Shown in pieces: positions 27,601-35,685 of a stretch of DNA of 64,000 bases. The notes beneath the pieces are model-generated. The model worked only from the letters and a program-made list of their open reading frames with translations. It was not told where the DNA came from and did not search any database. The stretch lies in the IMG/VR virus record IMGVR_UViG_2881155292_000002; one strand, given 5' to 3'. Positions within the stretch are counted from its first letter, which is position 1; the number at the start of each line of letters is the position of its first letter. Source of the DNA: a virus. A program made the position numbers and the translations under genes.

Positions 27601-29156
27601 GGAGCAGCGGTCTCGTCGTTGGCAACCTGAGCCAGGGAGCTGACAGCCCCGAAGAGATCGGGCGACTGCGCCACGTTCTGAGCCAGATGGGAAGGAAGCC
27701 CGTCGAAAGACTCGGGCTTGATCTGGGAAGCCTGCTGGACCTGGTTGATCCACTTCTGGCTCTGCTCGTCGGTGGCGCCATTCTCCTGGGCAACCGTGCG
27801 CAACGACTCGGCGACTGCTGGAGCTTCCTGAGCTGCGGCCGCAACTGCCGGTGCCATGTTCTCGGGCGAGACCGTCGACTCGGCCTGGCGATCGGCGAGG
27901 ATCTTTTCCCCGCGCTGCTTGGCCGTGTCGGCAACGTATTTCAGGCCGACGCCTGCCGTCTTGGCCGCCTGCTTCAGACCGCCGAGAGCAAGACTCGGAG
28001 CCTGGGCGACAGCAGCCGAACCAAGGCCGCCGACAGCGCCCAGCACTGCCTGGTTGCCGACATCCTCGGTGATGCCCTGGTTCGGATCGGCCTGCAGCTT
28101 GACGCCAAGGTTCTGGGCGACCTGGCCGGTAACCGACTGGGCAGCTTCCTCGACTGGTTCCTTGATCAGGTTCTGCGCGACTTCAGCGATCGGCCGGAAC
28201 TTCAGCGGGGCTGCTTCGAAAGCGCCGACTTCGGTGACCTTGCCGATGGCAGCACCGGCAATGCCCTGGATCGCCGCGGCAGTCATGCCGGCGTTGTGAG
28301 CGATGTGTTCCCTGGCCGTCTGCGGATCCACACCATTGGCGATCGCCGCCTGGTAGTCAGGCGACGTCTGCATGAGATCCTCATGCGAGCGGCCCATGAT
28401 GTCGGTGACGGTCTGGGAGTAGGCACCGCCACCTTCCATGAGACCGATTGCTGCCGGGGCAGCAACTCGAGCCGCCATGCCTGCTGCGGTCAAGCCCTTG
28501 ATGAGCGGGCCGCCGGCGCCGAGAGAACCAGTGCCCTGAGCCACGGTGCTCTTAAGCAGCGTCGGGTTGTCAGCAATCCGCTCGACCGAATTGAGGGCAT
28601 CACGGCCGATACGCTTCAGGCCGGCGACCATGGATCCATCGGTCTTGACGTCCTGCTCGAACTGCGCCGCCGTGTCCTGCTGATCCAGAGAGCTGCGGAC
28701 ACCCTCGATATATTCGTTGCGCTTGGTCTGCTGCGACATGTCCCGGCGGGTGTAGCCGATGAAGTCGTTGAGCAGCTGGTTGGCGCCGACACCCAGTTTC
28801 GGGTTGACGATGCCGGCGCCGAGCACGCCGATCGAACCGACGGCCGAATTGAAGCCGGTGGCGACGTCGACGATGTTGTCGCTGATCCCGCGCCCGGTGG
28901 CGCCCTTCATGAAGTTCTGCAGTTCAGCGTTGCCCTGATCCAGCTGGTTCAGCTGGGACTGCACGGCCTGCGGATACTTCTGGCCGAACTCGAATGGCGT
29001 CAGGTTCTGGCGATCCTGGAGGATCTGATTGTCGGTCGCGACAGCGTTGCCCCGGTTGATGGCTTCGTTGAGCATGTCCTGTGCCACGCCGCCTTCGGTC
29101 GTGGCCTTCCCGATCTGAGCCAGATCCTGGACGAACTTGCTGTTTACGTCGGCCAT
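18639..29156 (-). CDS. virion-encapsidated RNA polymerase (N4 gp50-like, 3505 aa)
   Basis: T7-like motifs 'LEADGKTNGP' (A), 'RGLTKNPLTITIYGSG' (B), 'VFDG' (C); size; no cysteine found on read-through, an N4 vRNAP hallmark. Confidence 0.97.
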   Translation of the reverse strand: MADVNSKFVQDLAQIGKATTEGGVAQDMLNEAINRGNAVATDNQILQDRQNLTPFEFGQKYPQAVQSQLNQLDQGNAELQNFMKGATGRGISDNIVDVATGFNSAVGSIGVLGAGIVNPKLGVGANQLLNDFIGYTRRDMSQQTKRNEYIEGVRSSLDQQDTAAQFEQDVKTDGSMVAGLKRIGRDALNSVERIADNPTLLKSTVAQGTGSLGAGGPLIKGLTAAGMAARVAAPAAIGLMEGGGAYSQTVTDIMGRSHEDLMQTSPDYQAAIANGVDPQTAREHIAHNAGMTAAAIQGIAGAAIGKVTEVGAFEAAPLKFRPIAEVAQNLIKEPVEEAAQSVTGQVAQNLGVKLQADPNQGITEDVGNQAVLGAVGGLGSAAVAQAPSLALGGLKQAAKTAGVGLKYVADTAKQRGEKILADRQAESTVSPENMAPAVAAAAQEAPAVAESLRTVAQENGATDEQSQKWINQVQQASQIKPESFDGLPSHLAQNVAQSPDLFGAVSSLAQVANDETAAPEDRTAAGAFVLKAVQDNKKLFLEDFPEFMDKVSHDSEDFQRFQSYAGILQEIAQVPQVKQAIEWASEKMQMPDQDLSQVDMNSEQGHQIVSNLVNVAQVAPQAVNPNVAEQVLFQADEGTIQLTPEQKRVIRSATSLLNSARLYEARNRLPEAGPVENQAQDLQDELKLTEAHDERMNFVGRQIETDGGVKGHQTSLRDHVAGINQAIAQGDVQTARRKAQRLALFARSMRNKVVALNTSIANGDGQNVAYSALGPDDKFLPADGYHKVGVRVGNAGSERFARKVHAEALATSQLANDIAKQYPEFGIPELEIPALNLDENRGSSTPAPVKSPATTSETNNAKVELPLPPAQPARDVRQETPAEEVSKTESTGETEKSSTQEVSEPAPVVEEPVAETVKVEPVEAPVEVDAEPVAETVPQQTQPEESADAFPAEAPTAQQIADRRVLDLVEATEDTGPALTMAEAFPNLVQPKGRNRFHEAFRLPKTINSRMLDLTEAPLRAFYRMLGSLRAVSGFAEGLDVSKITADDLKGFQRLLVLGNKALSHMYDRLDAKMAEDGLKAKMEAGTEVTRWKETRVLNLLEKNMEDYDPQLMQTAVIAALDWALNLADRSVELQRGDVARFMGIDEQDVSDDMVTAFNRGTSVDIAKRTLAEHVRKFWGVEANREVKEDFTRGIPEGVAAELLHGLEAAGLIKLGMEKFPAVSNKEFGRVWFDVRTSDVKALIKSLDGAHELLADLAFKTKEIESYSIGEPVTEVDGTQLRNPTVKTTDQQKQALANVQKTPYFPNHDVFDFVQALGEEAFVSLLSERPYKKGDLDRKHTEMGLNKAHWESVKGLQRQLVNSFNNVAKQMAAVKRHGENAPTYYKHHVNKLGRLQMAGLSNPQADKLAREVFMPTGTKLDLRDPSESDFGKFLMTIGQGIADQTGVKPEKAIRADVVKAVIKTAMTEGGELRPLVQELKIWLDKKGPIPASTLELLQAAKLKPHGIHSLLTLARYENAGDQGQDLSAFETANYLEADGKTNGPINALMLWATGSITPQWLKQISKGGVFFGRLGKTLNSESEDGVFHKIDLYEDSSTKTERNMADLNETLAADAPEAYALFQQFKRLLGALDANVTVDGDSLTIKRGLTKNPLTITIYGSGANGIAGKIADELIGAVYEKLSEAIPGKQANDLPVILDDLQELVSRQVRKDPKKGYFVSGKSAELVVNPHDFVLDRKQLKALRNNIKMFLVDPMRDAIQEKVTQHVDTTTGAIQQATQLQSIILKGMFIQEIAARIALMKGDPAKYDYNKGEFLSQKDLDDILKNLQVYSPIIDTKTQGYFLSGGEKSDLLTRTEIQPDGSEKVIHSKITIDGKEYEIPMPESFARSLTGDLSSPAYVYGPTLAGVSSIPTLTVGSGDGQMMLNFLAQNQEAANRVLHVFDGLNMPADAIEDYSRGVNEAVFKTWTSNTNPVRSVADSFAEFLRNSPVEALFPGGALNDPQNQALKEISQAKAGKFELKPEELLTPDEAKEYMQQVLAQLNQVAEQTDIRRQVYAEFPLSVDQMASSESPFVNEGSVELDPEADLATIAEAMNARYQELLAESRLKEAGKTAIEQGDETILTAAAEVGAADETGARVLTGSDLTGLFKSLYNKLTPVQREMMRQAVKLLEKSEHRLVLGNSAQLRAWEGVYNADRATPSDQDFFGKYDPISKIILIPNQSAETIVHELIHAATFDKVNAFYADPTLLSKEERDAITRIEGLMDEWLALDYGNENAAGYGARRAAENAILQHQRAGRDAQALNEFMAWVLGNENLATLAQKTKVKNPLFRIVGDALRALKALIWGGENKGPRVGDSILSNLRFNTRILMATPSQVELLKQDFATTALYQSRYFGTSDRLKAIRQRLSQKVVAWMNEGGQDLTGHHQRLVRARELDDAKQSAADIATSFAAYFPDLGNMQAWTTFTMIQATLATEVQLNPNSLSRMEDIYADVIKSLKVTDFRENNDPNDQADAYHAQQMFDALNGLYINETDKHGRSSLMSSFISLAMTSDRFRKILAGMKKPETIKDNAKTLDAAIDNLGNAGMDRLSLVLSGEKRNDTNVRDALDSLMMAMIENVGDQRTFIERTTENGLDKLNNYVADAAQNLSEKAVLKSRQVVQTSSSPVVRAGARLVNAAATMINEARAEEAALGVVSWLNRREGLNPIKELVADVVGRTRENAPVFDMISKVRAEVQQTRQQFRDLLPEKLASAFTRPVSAAQWTALYKVLGKTDLAALHGRHGIVGGLELVSSEARRNAEIQALEQTYDQRFLVKAKQLAHFMVTGEHGPQLLRNAHAIAAFSVAGVRNLTPAQSMVDDLDRLVTLYAIEQTDQQSRDMVADLIRNQKDGVEFVNNYLVGQRTDELAKARSTTAALFNHYKGHIPSENQSGGSLLIASDSEHAHLVGRGYKRLSAYTGSSADRVLGNRSYYFAPVSGRAPFSQGVLQTVHQTASGVDPETGYTVGEVMAGRIDDAQMVRLVERQLANQTATRENLLPVYDNAGRIVAFERAADPSKLISLNRSTDLAQMIGVWRGRQVEELLAKQVNEELVDTLHQLWQKGQREGRRNEFVNIARLDPRTDDRILIEAERLIPKQSRDYIKQVFGPDQFWVRRDMLLDTFGARQASVGDLFTGKTRWKPTVATEFEKLAAGILGNNAYSILVGSEKNIQSVVANAKTLIVVKSVIVPAANMVSNMFQLLNRGVPLREVLKGVPAKTAEINAYIKRRGREISAEAELRAAKGKNDLVAIRKLETEIRSLQDSYKRMSIWPLIEAGEFSAISNGQVTAEDLAIADGKWQSYVERKVNSLPDGLKTPARYALVTRDTALFQGLARAVQYGDFVGKAILYDHLSGRKKVGKHEAIAQVNEAFVNYNKLAGRGRQYLESMGLLWFYNYKLRIMKEAAYMLRHNPLRSLLMTAVPNFPLIGDIGSPVADNALALFNDGKLGYSIGPSMGLHAFRLNPWINLIH

Positions 29157-29182
29157 GGGGTCCTCGGATTATCTTGAAAATG

Positions 29183-29213
29183 AAAAAGGGAGCGGATGAA
29201 AATCCACTCCCTT
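29183..29213 (-). terminator. intrinsic terminator (possibly bidirectional) between gp51-like and vRNAP
   Basis: aaagggag-c-ggat-gaaa-atcc-a-ctcccttt with A/T tracts on both sides. Confidence 0.65.
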
Positions 29214-29248
29214 TATATGCACCTATTTTCAGGTGATTTTCAATCACA

Positions 29249-31756
29249 TTATTGCGGTCGCGGCTGCTCTCCTTGACCGCTGAAGATCGTGGTCGGGGAA
29301 CCAGGCTCCTGACCAAGCTGCTGGAGCACGGCATTGAGCTTCTCGACGATCTGGAGAGCCTGCGCCAGAGCCGCCCTGTTCTGGGGCGTATCCTGGCCGC
29401 GCTGGATCGCATTGAGGATGTTGGCGGCTTCTGCCTGGCTCGAGAGGAGCTGGGCATGGATCGCCGTGATCTGCTGCTGCGAGACGGTGCCGAGACGCTG
29501 GTTGGCGATGGCCGAAGAGCCACGAGCCAGCTTGATCGAGCCGTCAACGTTGAAGCCGATCTTGTTGAGATCCTTCTGGACACCTTCCATATCGATACGT
29601 CGAGCCGACGAACCACCATTCTCCGAGCCGCCGAAACGATCACCGCTGAACCAGCTGTCCGGGATCAGGCTGCCGAGGATCGGCACCTTGTCGATCGTCG
29701 CCTGGAGATCCCTCGACACCGGGTTCTGGGCGATCAGCGCACCAGCTGCCGCCGGCCGGAGCTTGTTACCCGACTGCTGCATGGTCTGGTTGAGAGCCTC
29801 GAGGACCGCCTGTTCGTTCATGCCCTCCAGAGCACCGCCCTGGCCGGTCAGGCGTTTCATCACCTGGTTCACCGACTCGGTCGAGTTCTGCGCCTGCTGG
29901 ATCTGGGCGATGAGCGGGGCATCGGCATTGAAAGCCTGGTCGACCGTCTGCTGATCGAGCAGCTTCTGGGCCGCTGCAGCCGGGGTATCGGTCGATCCGG
30001 CATCTTGGTTCGCAGCAACCGGCCGAGCCGCCTGAGCCAGTTGGGCTGCAGCCGTGGCATCGGTAGCCGCACCGGCCGGGGAAACCAGAGAGCCGATCAG
30101 ATTGCCGGCATCCGTCACGGCCTGCGCCGAGGGAGCTGCTTCCGGAGCAGCCGGCTGACTGACACCATTGGCCGCATCCAAGGCCAGTTGTTGCGCCGGC
30201 GTGAGCGGCTGACCACCAGTCGGCACGGGACGATCCGGAGCCTGGCTCTGGAATGCATCGAGCGGCGACGGCGCCTGATACTGATCGAGCGTGGTGCCAA
30301 CCGGCAGCGTGATCTGCGGACGGGGAGCCGGAGCAGCCTGAGCCGCCGAGGCAGGAAGCGGAGCCACATCGGCCGTCGACTGGCCATTGGTGATGTTGCC
30401 GAGCTGGCCACGATCGCCATTCTGGTAGGCCGTGATCGCCGCGGCGAGCTTGTCATCCGACACATTGCGGAAGCCGTCCCACTGACCGCGCAGAGCCGCC
30501 ATCTTGCCGGCCATCGAGCGAGGACCAGACAGCGCCTTGTCGGCGATGTGCTGGAACATGGCATCCTGGACTTCCGGCGTGAACACCGTGTTGTCCGGCA
30601 GGCCCATCTCCTTGGCCGTATCAGCAAGGGTGGAGCCAACGATCTGGTAGCGACCCATGGGCGTTGCCAGGTAGCCGAGCTGCGCCTTCTGGTGCCTGCC
30701 ATAGGCGCCGTCGGACGAGGCGAACTGCTTCAGGGAGCCGATGGTCTGCTGTGAGACATCGACGCCGGCGAACGCACCGCCACCCTTTTGGGCATGGCCG
30801 TAGAGCGTCGAATAGTTGCCGCCGCCTTCCTTGGCATCGACCAGCTGGCTGAGCGGGTTCTGGATCCCTCCACCGGCAGGAGCACGCGGACCAGGCTGGG
30901 GAACAGCCTGCGGGACATCGCTCTGGACACCGAGGCTGCGAAGCAGCAGCGTGCCCTGGTCAGCCGTGGCGAAGACCTTCTGATCGGCGGACTGGTTGAT
31001 GACCTCGATCGCCTGCGCTTTGATGCGCGGATCCTGGATCGTGTCGTCGTTCTGGATCGCCCGGATGGCCACGTCGGGCGTGGCATTGCCGTTGATCTGC
31101 TTGAAGGCGAGCTGACGAGCCTGGTCGGTGATGCCCTGGTTCTCCCAGAACTTCTGGTTCTCCAGCACATCCTTCTTGTAGCCGAAGCCGGCCGTGCCGG
31201 TCGAACGGGCTGCATCGAGCAGACCAGGCAGTGCGTCGGCCTTGTAGCCGGCATTGAGCAGCGTCTGGGAGTTGTCCGACAGCATGGTCCGTGCCTGCTC
31301 GACCTTGGCCGGATCACCCGAACCAGCGAGGGTCTGGACCGTGGCCAGCAACTTGGCCGCTTCCGGCTGGGCGGCAAGCCGAGCCTGGGCCAGTGCATCA
31401 TCTCGCTGTGCCGTGGTGTTCTGGAACGAAGCACGATCGTTGACCAGCTGCTGGTTCTGGTTCGCCAGAAGCGAAGCATCCCGGGCCATGCCGTATTTCA
31501 GGGCATCGGCGGACACACCGGTCGTATCGATGGCGCCGGACTGGAGGGCCGCCTCTAGATCGCCGGGCTTGGTGAAACGCGAGAGAGCCGACAGGTAGGT
31601 GCTCGAAGCTGCATCCTGCTTGCTCTGCTTCAGGCCGGACAAGGCATCGCTCAGACCGCCAAAGCCCGACTGCAACAGCTGTGCAGCCAGGCGCTGGGAT
31701 TCAGCGACACCGGAGAAATTCGGGGCGGAAACTTCCCGCCAGGTCAAGGGAGCCAT
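29249..31756 (-). CDS. internal virion/ejection protein (N4 gp51-like) with lysozyme-like domain
   Basis: N-terminal 'MAPLTWREVSAPNFS'; 'KEGGGNYSTLYG...TPMGRYQIVGSTL...FTPEVQD' resembles lambda-type (GH104-like) muramidase. Confidence 0.8.
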   Translation of the reverse strand: MAPLTWREVSAPNFSGVAESQRLAAQLLQSGFGGLSDALSGLKQSKQDAASSTYLSALSRFTKPGDLEAALQSGAIDTTGVSADALKYGMARDASLLANQNQQLVNDRASFQNTTAQRDDALAQARLAAQPEAAKLLATVQTLAGSGDPAKVEQARTMLSDNSQTLLNAGYKADALPGLLDAARSTGTAGFGYKKDVLENQKFWENQGITDQARQLAFKQINGNATPDVAIRAIQNDDTIQDPRIKAQAIEVINQSADQKVFATADQGTLLLRSLGVQSDVPQAVPQPGPRAPAGGGIQNPLSQLVDAKEGGGNYSTLYGHAQKGGGAFAGVDVSQQTIGSLKQFASSDGAYGRHQKAQLGYLATPMGRYQIVGSTLADTAKEMGLPDNTVFTPEVQDAMFQHIADKALSGPRSMAGKMAALRGQWDGFRNVSDDKLAAAITAYQNGDRGQLGNITNGQSTADVAPLPASAAQAAPAPRPQITLPVGTTLDQYQAPSPLDAFQSQAPDRPVPTGGQPLTPAQQLALDAANGVSQPAAPEAAPSAQAVTDAGNLIGSLVSPAGAATDATAAAQLAQAARPVAANQDAGSTDTPAAAAQKLLDQQTVDQAFNADAPLIAQIQQAQNSTESVNQVMKRLTGQGGALEGMNEQAVLEALNQTMQQSGNKLRPAAAGALIAQNPVSRDLQATIDKVPILGSLIPDSWFSGDRFGGSENGGSSARRIDMEGVQKDLNKIGFNVDGSIKLARGSSAIANQRLGTVSQQQITAIHAQLLSSQAEAANILNAIQRGQDTPQNRAALAQALQIVEKLNAVLQQLGQEPGSPTTIFSGQGEQPRPQ

Positions 31757-31768
31757 GGACGAAACCTC

Positions 31769-32290
31769 TTAGGCGGGAAGCTTGTGGGACTGGTAGTAGG
31801 CGTCTGCCGTCGCCTGCGAGTCGCCCTGAGTGAAGGCTCGGGAATTCGAGCGATCCTCCAGCGTGGTGTTGTAGGACTGGATCTGGTTCGCCAGGTTCTT
31901 CTGGGCGAACTCCTTCTGGAAGTTGAACTGCGCCTTGGCCAGCTTGTTGGCTTCCCAGGCCTGCCACAGGGAACCAATGGTCTGCAGGCCACCGAGGGCG
32001 AGCTTGCCCCAGTCGAGGCCACTGACGCCGCCGAGACCGCTGAACATACCCTTGGAAGCACCGGGAGCTGCCGGGAATGCGCCCGCCGGACCGTTGCCAT
32101 AGCCGAGGATGCTCGACAGATCCGAGGACTCACCGACACCGGAGATTCCACTGACCGGGGCCGAAGCGGCACTCTGGAAGTAGGAACCAACGGGATTGGA
32201 AGCACCGCCCGTCAGATAAGGGGTGGCGACAGCACCGGTGCCGCCCATACCGCTACCGTACTGGTAGATGCTATCGAGATATCCAGCCAT
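31769..32290 (-). CDS. ejection protein (N4 gp52-like)
   Basis: Gly/Ser-rich N-half; 'KLAKAQFNFQKEFAQKNLANQIQSYNTTLEDR'; synteny. Confidence 0.75.
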   Translation of the reverse strand: MAGYLDSIYQYGSGMGGTGAVATPYLTGGASNPVGSYFQSAASAPVSGISGVGESSDLSSILGYGNGPAGAFPAAPGASKGMFSGLGGVSGLDWGKLALGGLQTIGSLWQAWEANKLAKAQFNFQKEFAQKNLANQIQSYNTTLEDRSNSRAFTQGDSQATADAYYQSHKLPA

Positions 32291-32304
32291 TTTCTCACCT
32301 ATTA

Positions 32305-34749
32305 TTAAGTAAATGCATCCGGGAGTTTTAATGAATATGTCGGGAACTCGTACAGGAGATCCCTGGACATGTCCGCAATATCGCTTCCGGTCATCAAGGT
32401 CCGGGTGAGGAAGGTGTCGGAGCTCTCGGCGATCAAACTGTTCGCGGAACTCACGAACATGTTCGGGTCGATGATCGCCCCACCATACCCGAATTCTTTA
32501 AAATATGCTTGCTGAATTTTATCAGCGTCCTGTTTTGATTTTTTAGCATAATCCAGGGCCTCCTGCTGGAGGTCGAGGACGTTCTGGTTCCACATGTTGA
32601 CGACGCCATGAGCGACCGAGTCGGTCAGCTTCATGAGGTTGTCGACGCGCAGGAAGTCGCCCCAGTTGATCGCCAGGGAACCAGACGAGAAGGAGCCGGC
32701 CACCTGCCCTGCCAGAATCATGACGACGGCGCCGAGGATGGCTCCGATGATGCCCAGGTTCTTGGTCACCATCTCGAGCAGCGTTGCTAGAACCAGAGCA
32801 GCAAGGGCATTGACCACAGCACCGGCGATCGCCGCGGTAAGGCCGGTCAGTCCGAGCGATGCGCCGACGGCGAAGTTGGTGCCCAGCAAGCCGAGACCGG
32901 CGCCACCGGTGAAGACAACCGAGACGACGGCGATGACTACGACCAGGAGGATCTTGAAGATGCCGGACTCGTACCACTTGGTCTTGTAGACCTCATAGCA
33001 GTTGAAAACCGCGAAACAGCATGCGGTGGCCATCTGGGAGGAAGACGCCAGAGGAGTCTGCCGCCAGGTCTCGTAATGGAGCGGGATGATGAAACCCGAT
33101 TCATCTGGATCGGCCAGAGCTTTCTTGGTGTCGATCTCGACGAAGTGCGTCTGGTAGACGTAATTCTTGAAGACTGCCCCGACGACTTCCAAGTAGGTGT
33201 AGCTGCCGGCCGTCCGCTGCCAGTAGATCTTCATGTGATGGATCGACTCGGCCAAATATGAAGCGGTGCGCGGGCCATCACGACCATTGATGACGGCGGT
33301 TCGGTAGATGTCATCCGTGCCGGTGTGCTCGAGCCAGATCTCCCCTGATTTCGCATCTGGTTTTGCCAGCCCGACGCCGCTGAAATCCTTGACATATTTC
33401 CAGTTGATGCGAATGTCGTATTTGGAATTTATTGCGCCGGCGCCTGCAATGCGAATAACGGAATTCGGCATTGCCGGGGCAACAGGACGAGGCGGCTCCG
33501 GGCCAATGGGGTTTGACTGCCAGAACTGCCAATTGATCATCGCCGAGTCGTAAGCGTCGATCTGATCCAGGTAGTTGGCGTATACCGCTGCCGGGTCGCC
33601 GGTCTGGGACTGCTGCAAGATCTCGAAGAATGTATAGATGTAGCGCCGACACTCCCTTTCCAGGACGTTCAACGACACACCGAAGGTCACATAGGCGTTG
33701 TCGATGTCACCGAGATTCTCATTGTCGGCGAGTTGCTCGATCAGCTTGTCGAGCTTGCCGCCGGTGGCCTTCTTGAACGCTTTCTTGATCTGCGGGTAGA
33801 CGTCCGGCAGATAGGTGTTCGAGATGAATGTCGTGTTCAGTCGGAAAGGGATGAACGGGAAAAACTGGCCATAGCTTGTGCCAGACGTCACCAGTTCATC
33901 GAGCTCCGCGCTGCCGCCACCTATCTCGTAGATGTAGAGCTGAGTAGTGGAGAAACTCCGATAGATCGTCTGTTGGCTATCGATCCGATAGGATCGGGTG
34001 GTTCCCGTGCCGTCGTCGAACTGATGCATGGTTTCGGTCAGGGTGCCGACGCCGTCAGCCGAGTCGAGCGCGCTGACTTTTTCATAGATCGCCTCGATCG
34101 CCGTGCCTGGATCGGCATCGGCGTTCAGCAGCGTCCAGTCCGTTGTGTCGGGAAAGCTCTCGCCCACAGCCAGCGTGACCACATCACCGGTGATAGTCGG
34201 GCCGACATCGTCCTCAAGCACCTCGGTGAAATAGGCGTAGAGATACTGCCCGTTTGGCTCATAGTCAGGAACTGACACGATCACCGAAGAATCGTCCGGA
34301 AAGACAATCGTCATCTCCGCCGTATCGGGGTCATAGTCCACGGTCCAGGCCGTGTCGTAGTCATCCGGCTGGTTCACCAGGAGCCAGCGTTCAGCCCAGT
34401 ATTTGATATTGGCGTCGTCGACAAAGGCGCTCTCCGCCCACACGGCGAGACCCGGCGTGGTCGGGATGTAAGGAATGACGAGGACAGGATCAATGGTGCC
34501 GCGGATCTCCAGCGCACCAGTAGGCATGCCAACCTGGTCATAATTCTCGGGCGTGTTCGCCCAACGATAGAAGTTGCGCAGCTGAATCGCCGGCCCATGC
34601 ATCAGGCCGGCATTGATCGTGTCGCCCATCGTCTCCTTGGTTCCGGAGAGGACGTTGCGAACCACCAGGCTCTGCATGTAGTCCGGCCGGTCAACCTCGT
34701 CACCGGCCAGATTGTAAACCACGGAATCGACCGCGACGATCGTACCCAT
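32305..34749 (-). CDS. structural protein (N4 gp53-like)
   Basis: 'VDSVVYNLAGD', 'FFPFIPFR', hydrophobic Gly/Ala-rich C-terminal helices; synteny. Confidence 0.8.
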   Translation of the reverse strand: MGTIVAVDSVVYNLAGDEVDRPDYMQSLVVRNVLSGTKETMGDTINAGLMHGPAIQLRNFYRWANTPENYDQVGMPTGALEIRGTIDPVLVIPYIPTTPGLAVWAESAFVDDANIKYWAERWLLVNQPDDYDTAWTVDYDPDTAEMTIVFPDDSSVIVSVPDYEPNGQYLYAYFTEVLEDDVGPTITGDVVTLAVGESFPDTTDWTLLNADADPGTAIEAIYEKVSALDSADGVGTLTETMHQFDDGTGTTRSYRIDSQQTIYRSFSTTQLYIYEIGGGSAELDELVTSGTSYGQFFPFIPFRLNTTFISNTYLPDVYPQIKKAFKKATGGKLDKLIEQLADNENLGDIDNAYVTFGVSLNVLERECRRYIYTFFEILQQSQTGDPAAVYANYLDQIDAYDSAMINWQFWQSNPIGPEPPRPVAPAMPNSVIRIAGAGAINSKYDIRINWKYVKDFSGVGLAKPDAKSGEIWLEHTGTDDIYRTAVINGRDGPRTASYLAESIHHMKIYWQRTAGSYTYLEVVGAVFKNYVYQTHFVEIDTKKALADPDESGFIIPLHYETWRQTPLASSSQMATACCFAVFNCYEVYKTKWYESGIFKILLVVVIAVVSVVFTGGAGLGLLGTNFAVGASLGLTGLTAAIAGAVVNALAALVLATLLEMVTKNLGIIGAILGAVVMILAGQVAGSFSSGSLAINWGDFLRVDNLMKLTDSVAHGVVNMWNQNVLDLQQEALDYAKKSKQDADKIQQAYFKEFGYGGAIIDPNMFVSSANSLIAESSDTFLTRTLMTGSDIADMSRDLLYEFPTYSLKLPDAFT

Positions 34750-34766
34750 CGTTAGGCTTCCTCAGA

Positions 34767-35645
34767 TCAGGGGTTGAGGCTGAGGTTGGTCCTCAACTTG
34801 CTGAACACCGCATCGAGCGAGGCATTGGTGAACATGGTCGGAGCCAGCAAGCCCTCGTCGATCGTCTTCTGGGTGATCCAGGAGTCGGACAGGAACTTGG
34901 CGAACTTGGTCTCGGCATCCCGTTGATAGGACGTGATCTGCTGGGTGTAGAGATCCTTCTGCTTGCCCACGGCGCCGGCGACGGGAAGCGTGTCGGTGCG
35001 GGTGTCGAGCGTCTGGGCACGCTGCACCTCGACCTGCTCGCCAAGCAAGCTGGCCTGCTTCGGCAGGATGTTCGCATTGGTGAAGTCCAGGCCCTCGCCC
35101 TGCTTGAGCAGGTTGCCATAGGTCGCATCCTCGGTGGAGATCTTGATCTTGGTCAGACCGTAATTGGCTTCGGCCGTCGCTGCCTCGAACTGGGTCCGGA
35201 CCAGCTCAACACGAGCCGTCTCGAGCTCCACACGGGCCTTGACGATTTCGACCTCGGCCTGGCGTGCCTGGGCCTGAACCAGGAGAGCCTGCCAGTAAGC
35301 CTGGTCCTTGGTCAGCAGGAACTGGGTGGCATTCTGCAGGGCGGCTCCGACGATGCCGATATAGGCCTTCGTGTATTCGGCGCCGGAGATGCGACTGGCC
35401 TGGTATTCCACCTTGAGATGGTTGACCAGGCTGACCATCAGCTTGTCGAAAACGCCTGAACCACCGACTTGGCCGGTGGTCAGGTCATCGACGGTGATCT
35501 GCGGGATCGCGCCATAGAGCGGCCCGGTCCCGTCCGGCAGATCGAACAGCGGATCTTCCAGATTGATCACAGGAAAGGAGAAATCCTTGCCAGTCGTCAG
35601 CGTCGTCAGCAGGCTATTGGCGAGGACGTCAGCACCAGATGACAT
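34767..35645 (-). CDS. structural protein (N4 gp54-like)
   Basis: 'GSGVFDKLM', 'ISGAEYTKAYI', 'GKQKDLYTQQITSYQRD', 'DSWITQKT'. Confidence 0.8.
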   Translation of the reverse strand: MSSGADVLANSLLTTLTTGKDFSFPVINLEDPLFDLPDGTGPLYGAIPQITVDDLTTGQVGGSGVFDKLMVSLVNHLKVEYQASRISGAEYTKAYIGIVGAALQNATQFLLTKDQAYWQALLVQAQARQAEVEIVKARVELETARVELVRTQFEAATAEANYGLTKIKISTEDATYGNLLKQGEGLDFTNANILPKQASLLGEQVEVQRAQTLDTRTDTLPVAGAVGKQKDLYTQQITSYQRDAETKFAKFLSDSWITQKTIDEGLLAPTMFTNASLDAVFSKLRTNLSLNP

Positions 35646-35685
35646 GGAGATCTCCTATTCCTGATTATCAGATAATATTATCTGA

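Noticed and set aside
18822-31558. Long + strand ORFs antisense to vRNAP and gp51 (e.g. 26694..29177, 21555..23474, 18822..20303, 29252..30754)
   Set aside because: Shadow ORFs caused by high GC3 codon bias on the coding strand; no motifs, no RBS.
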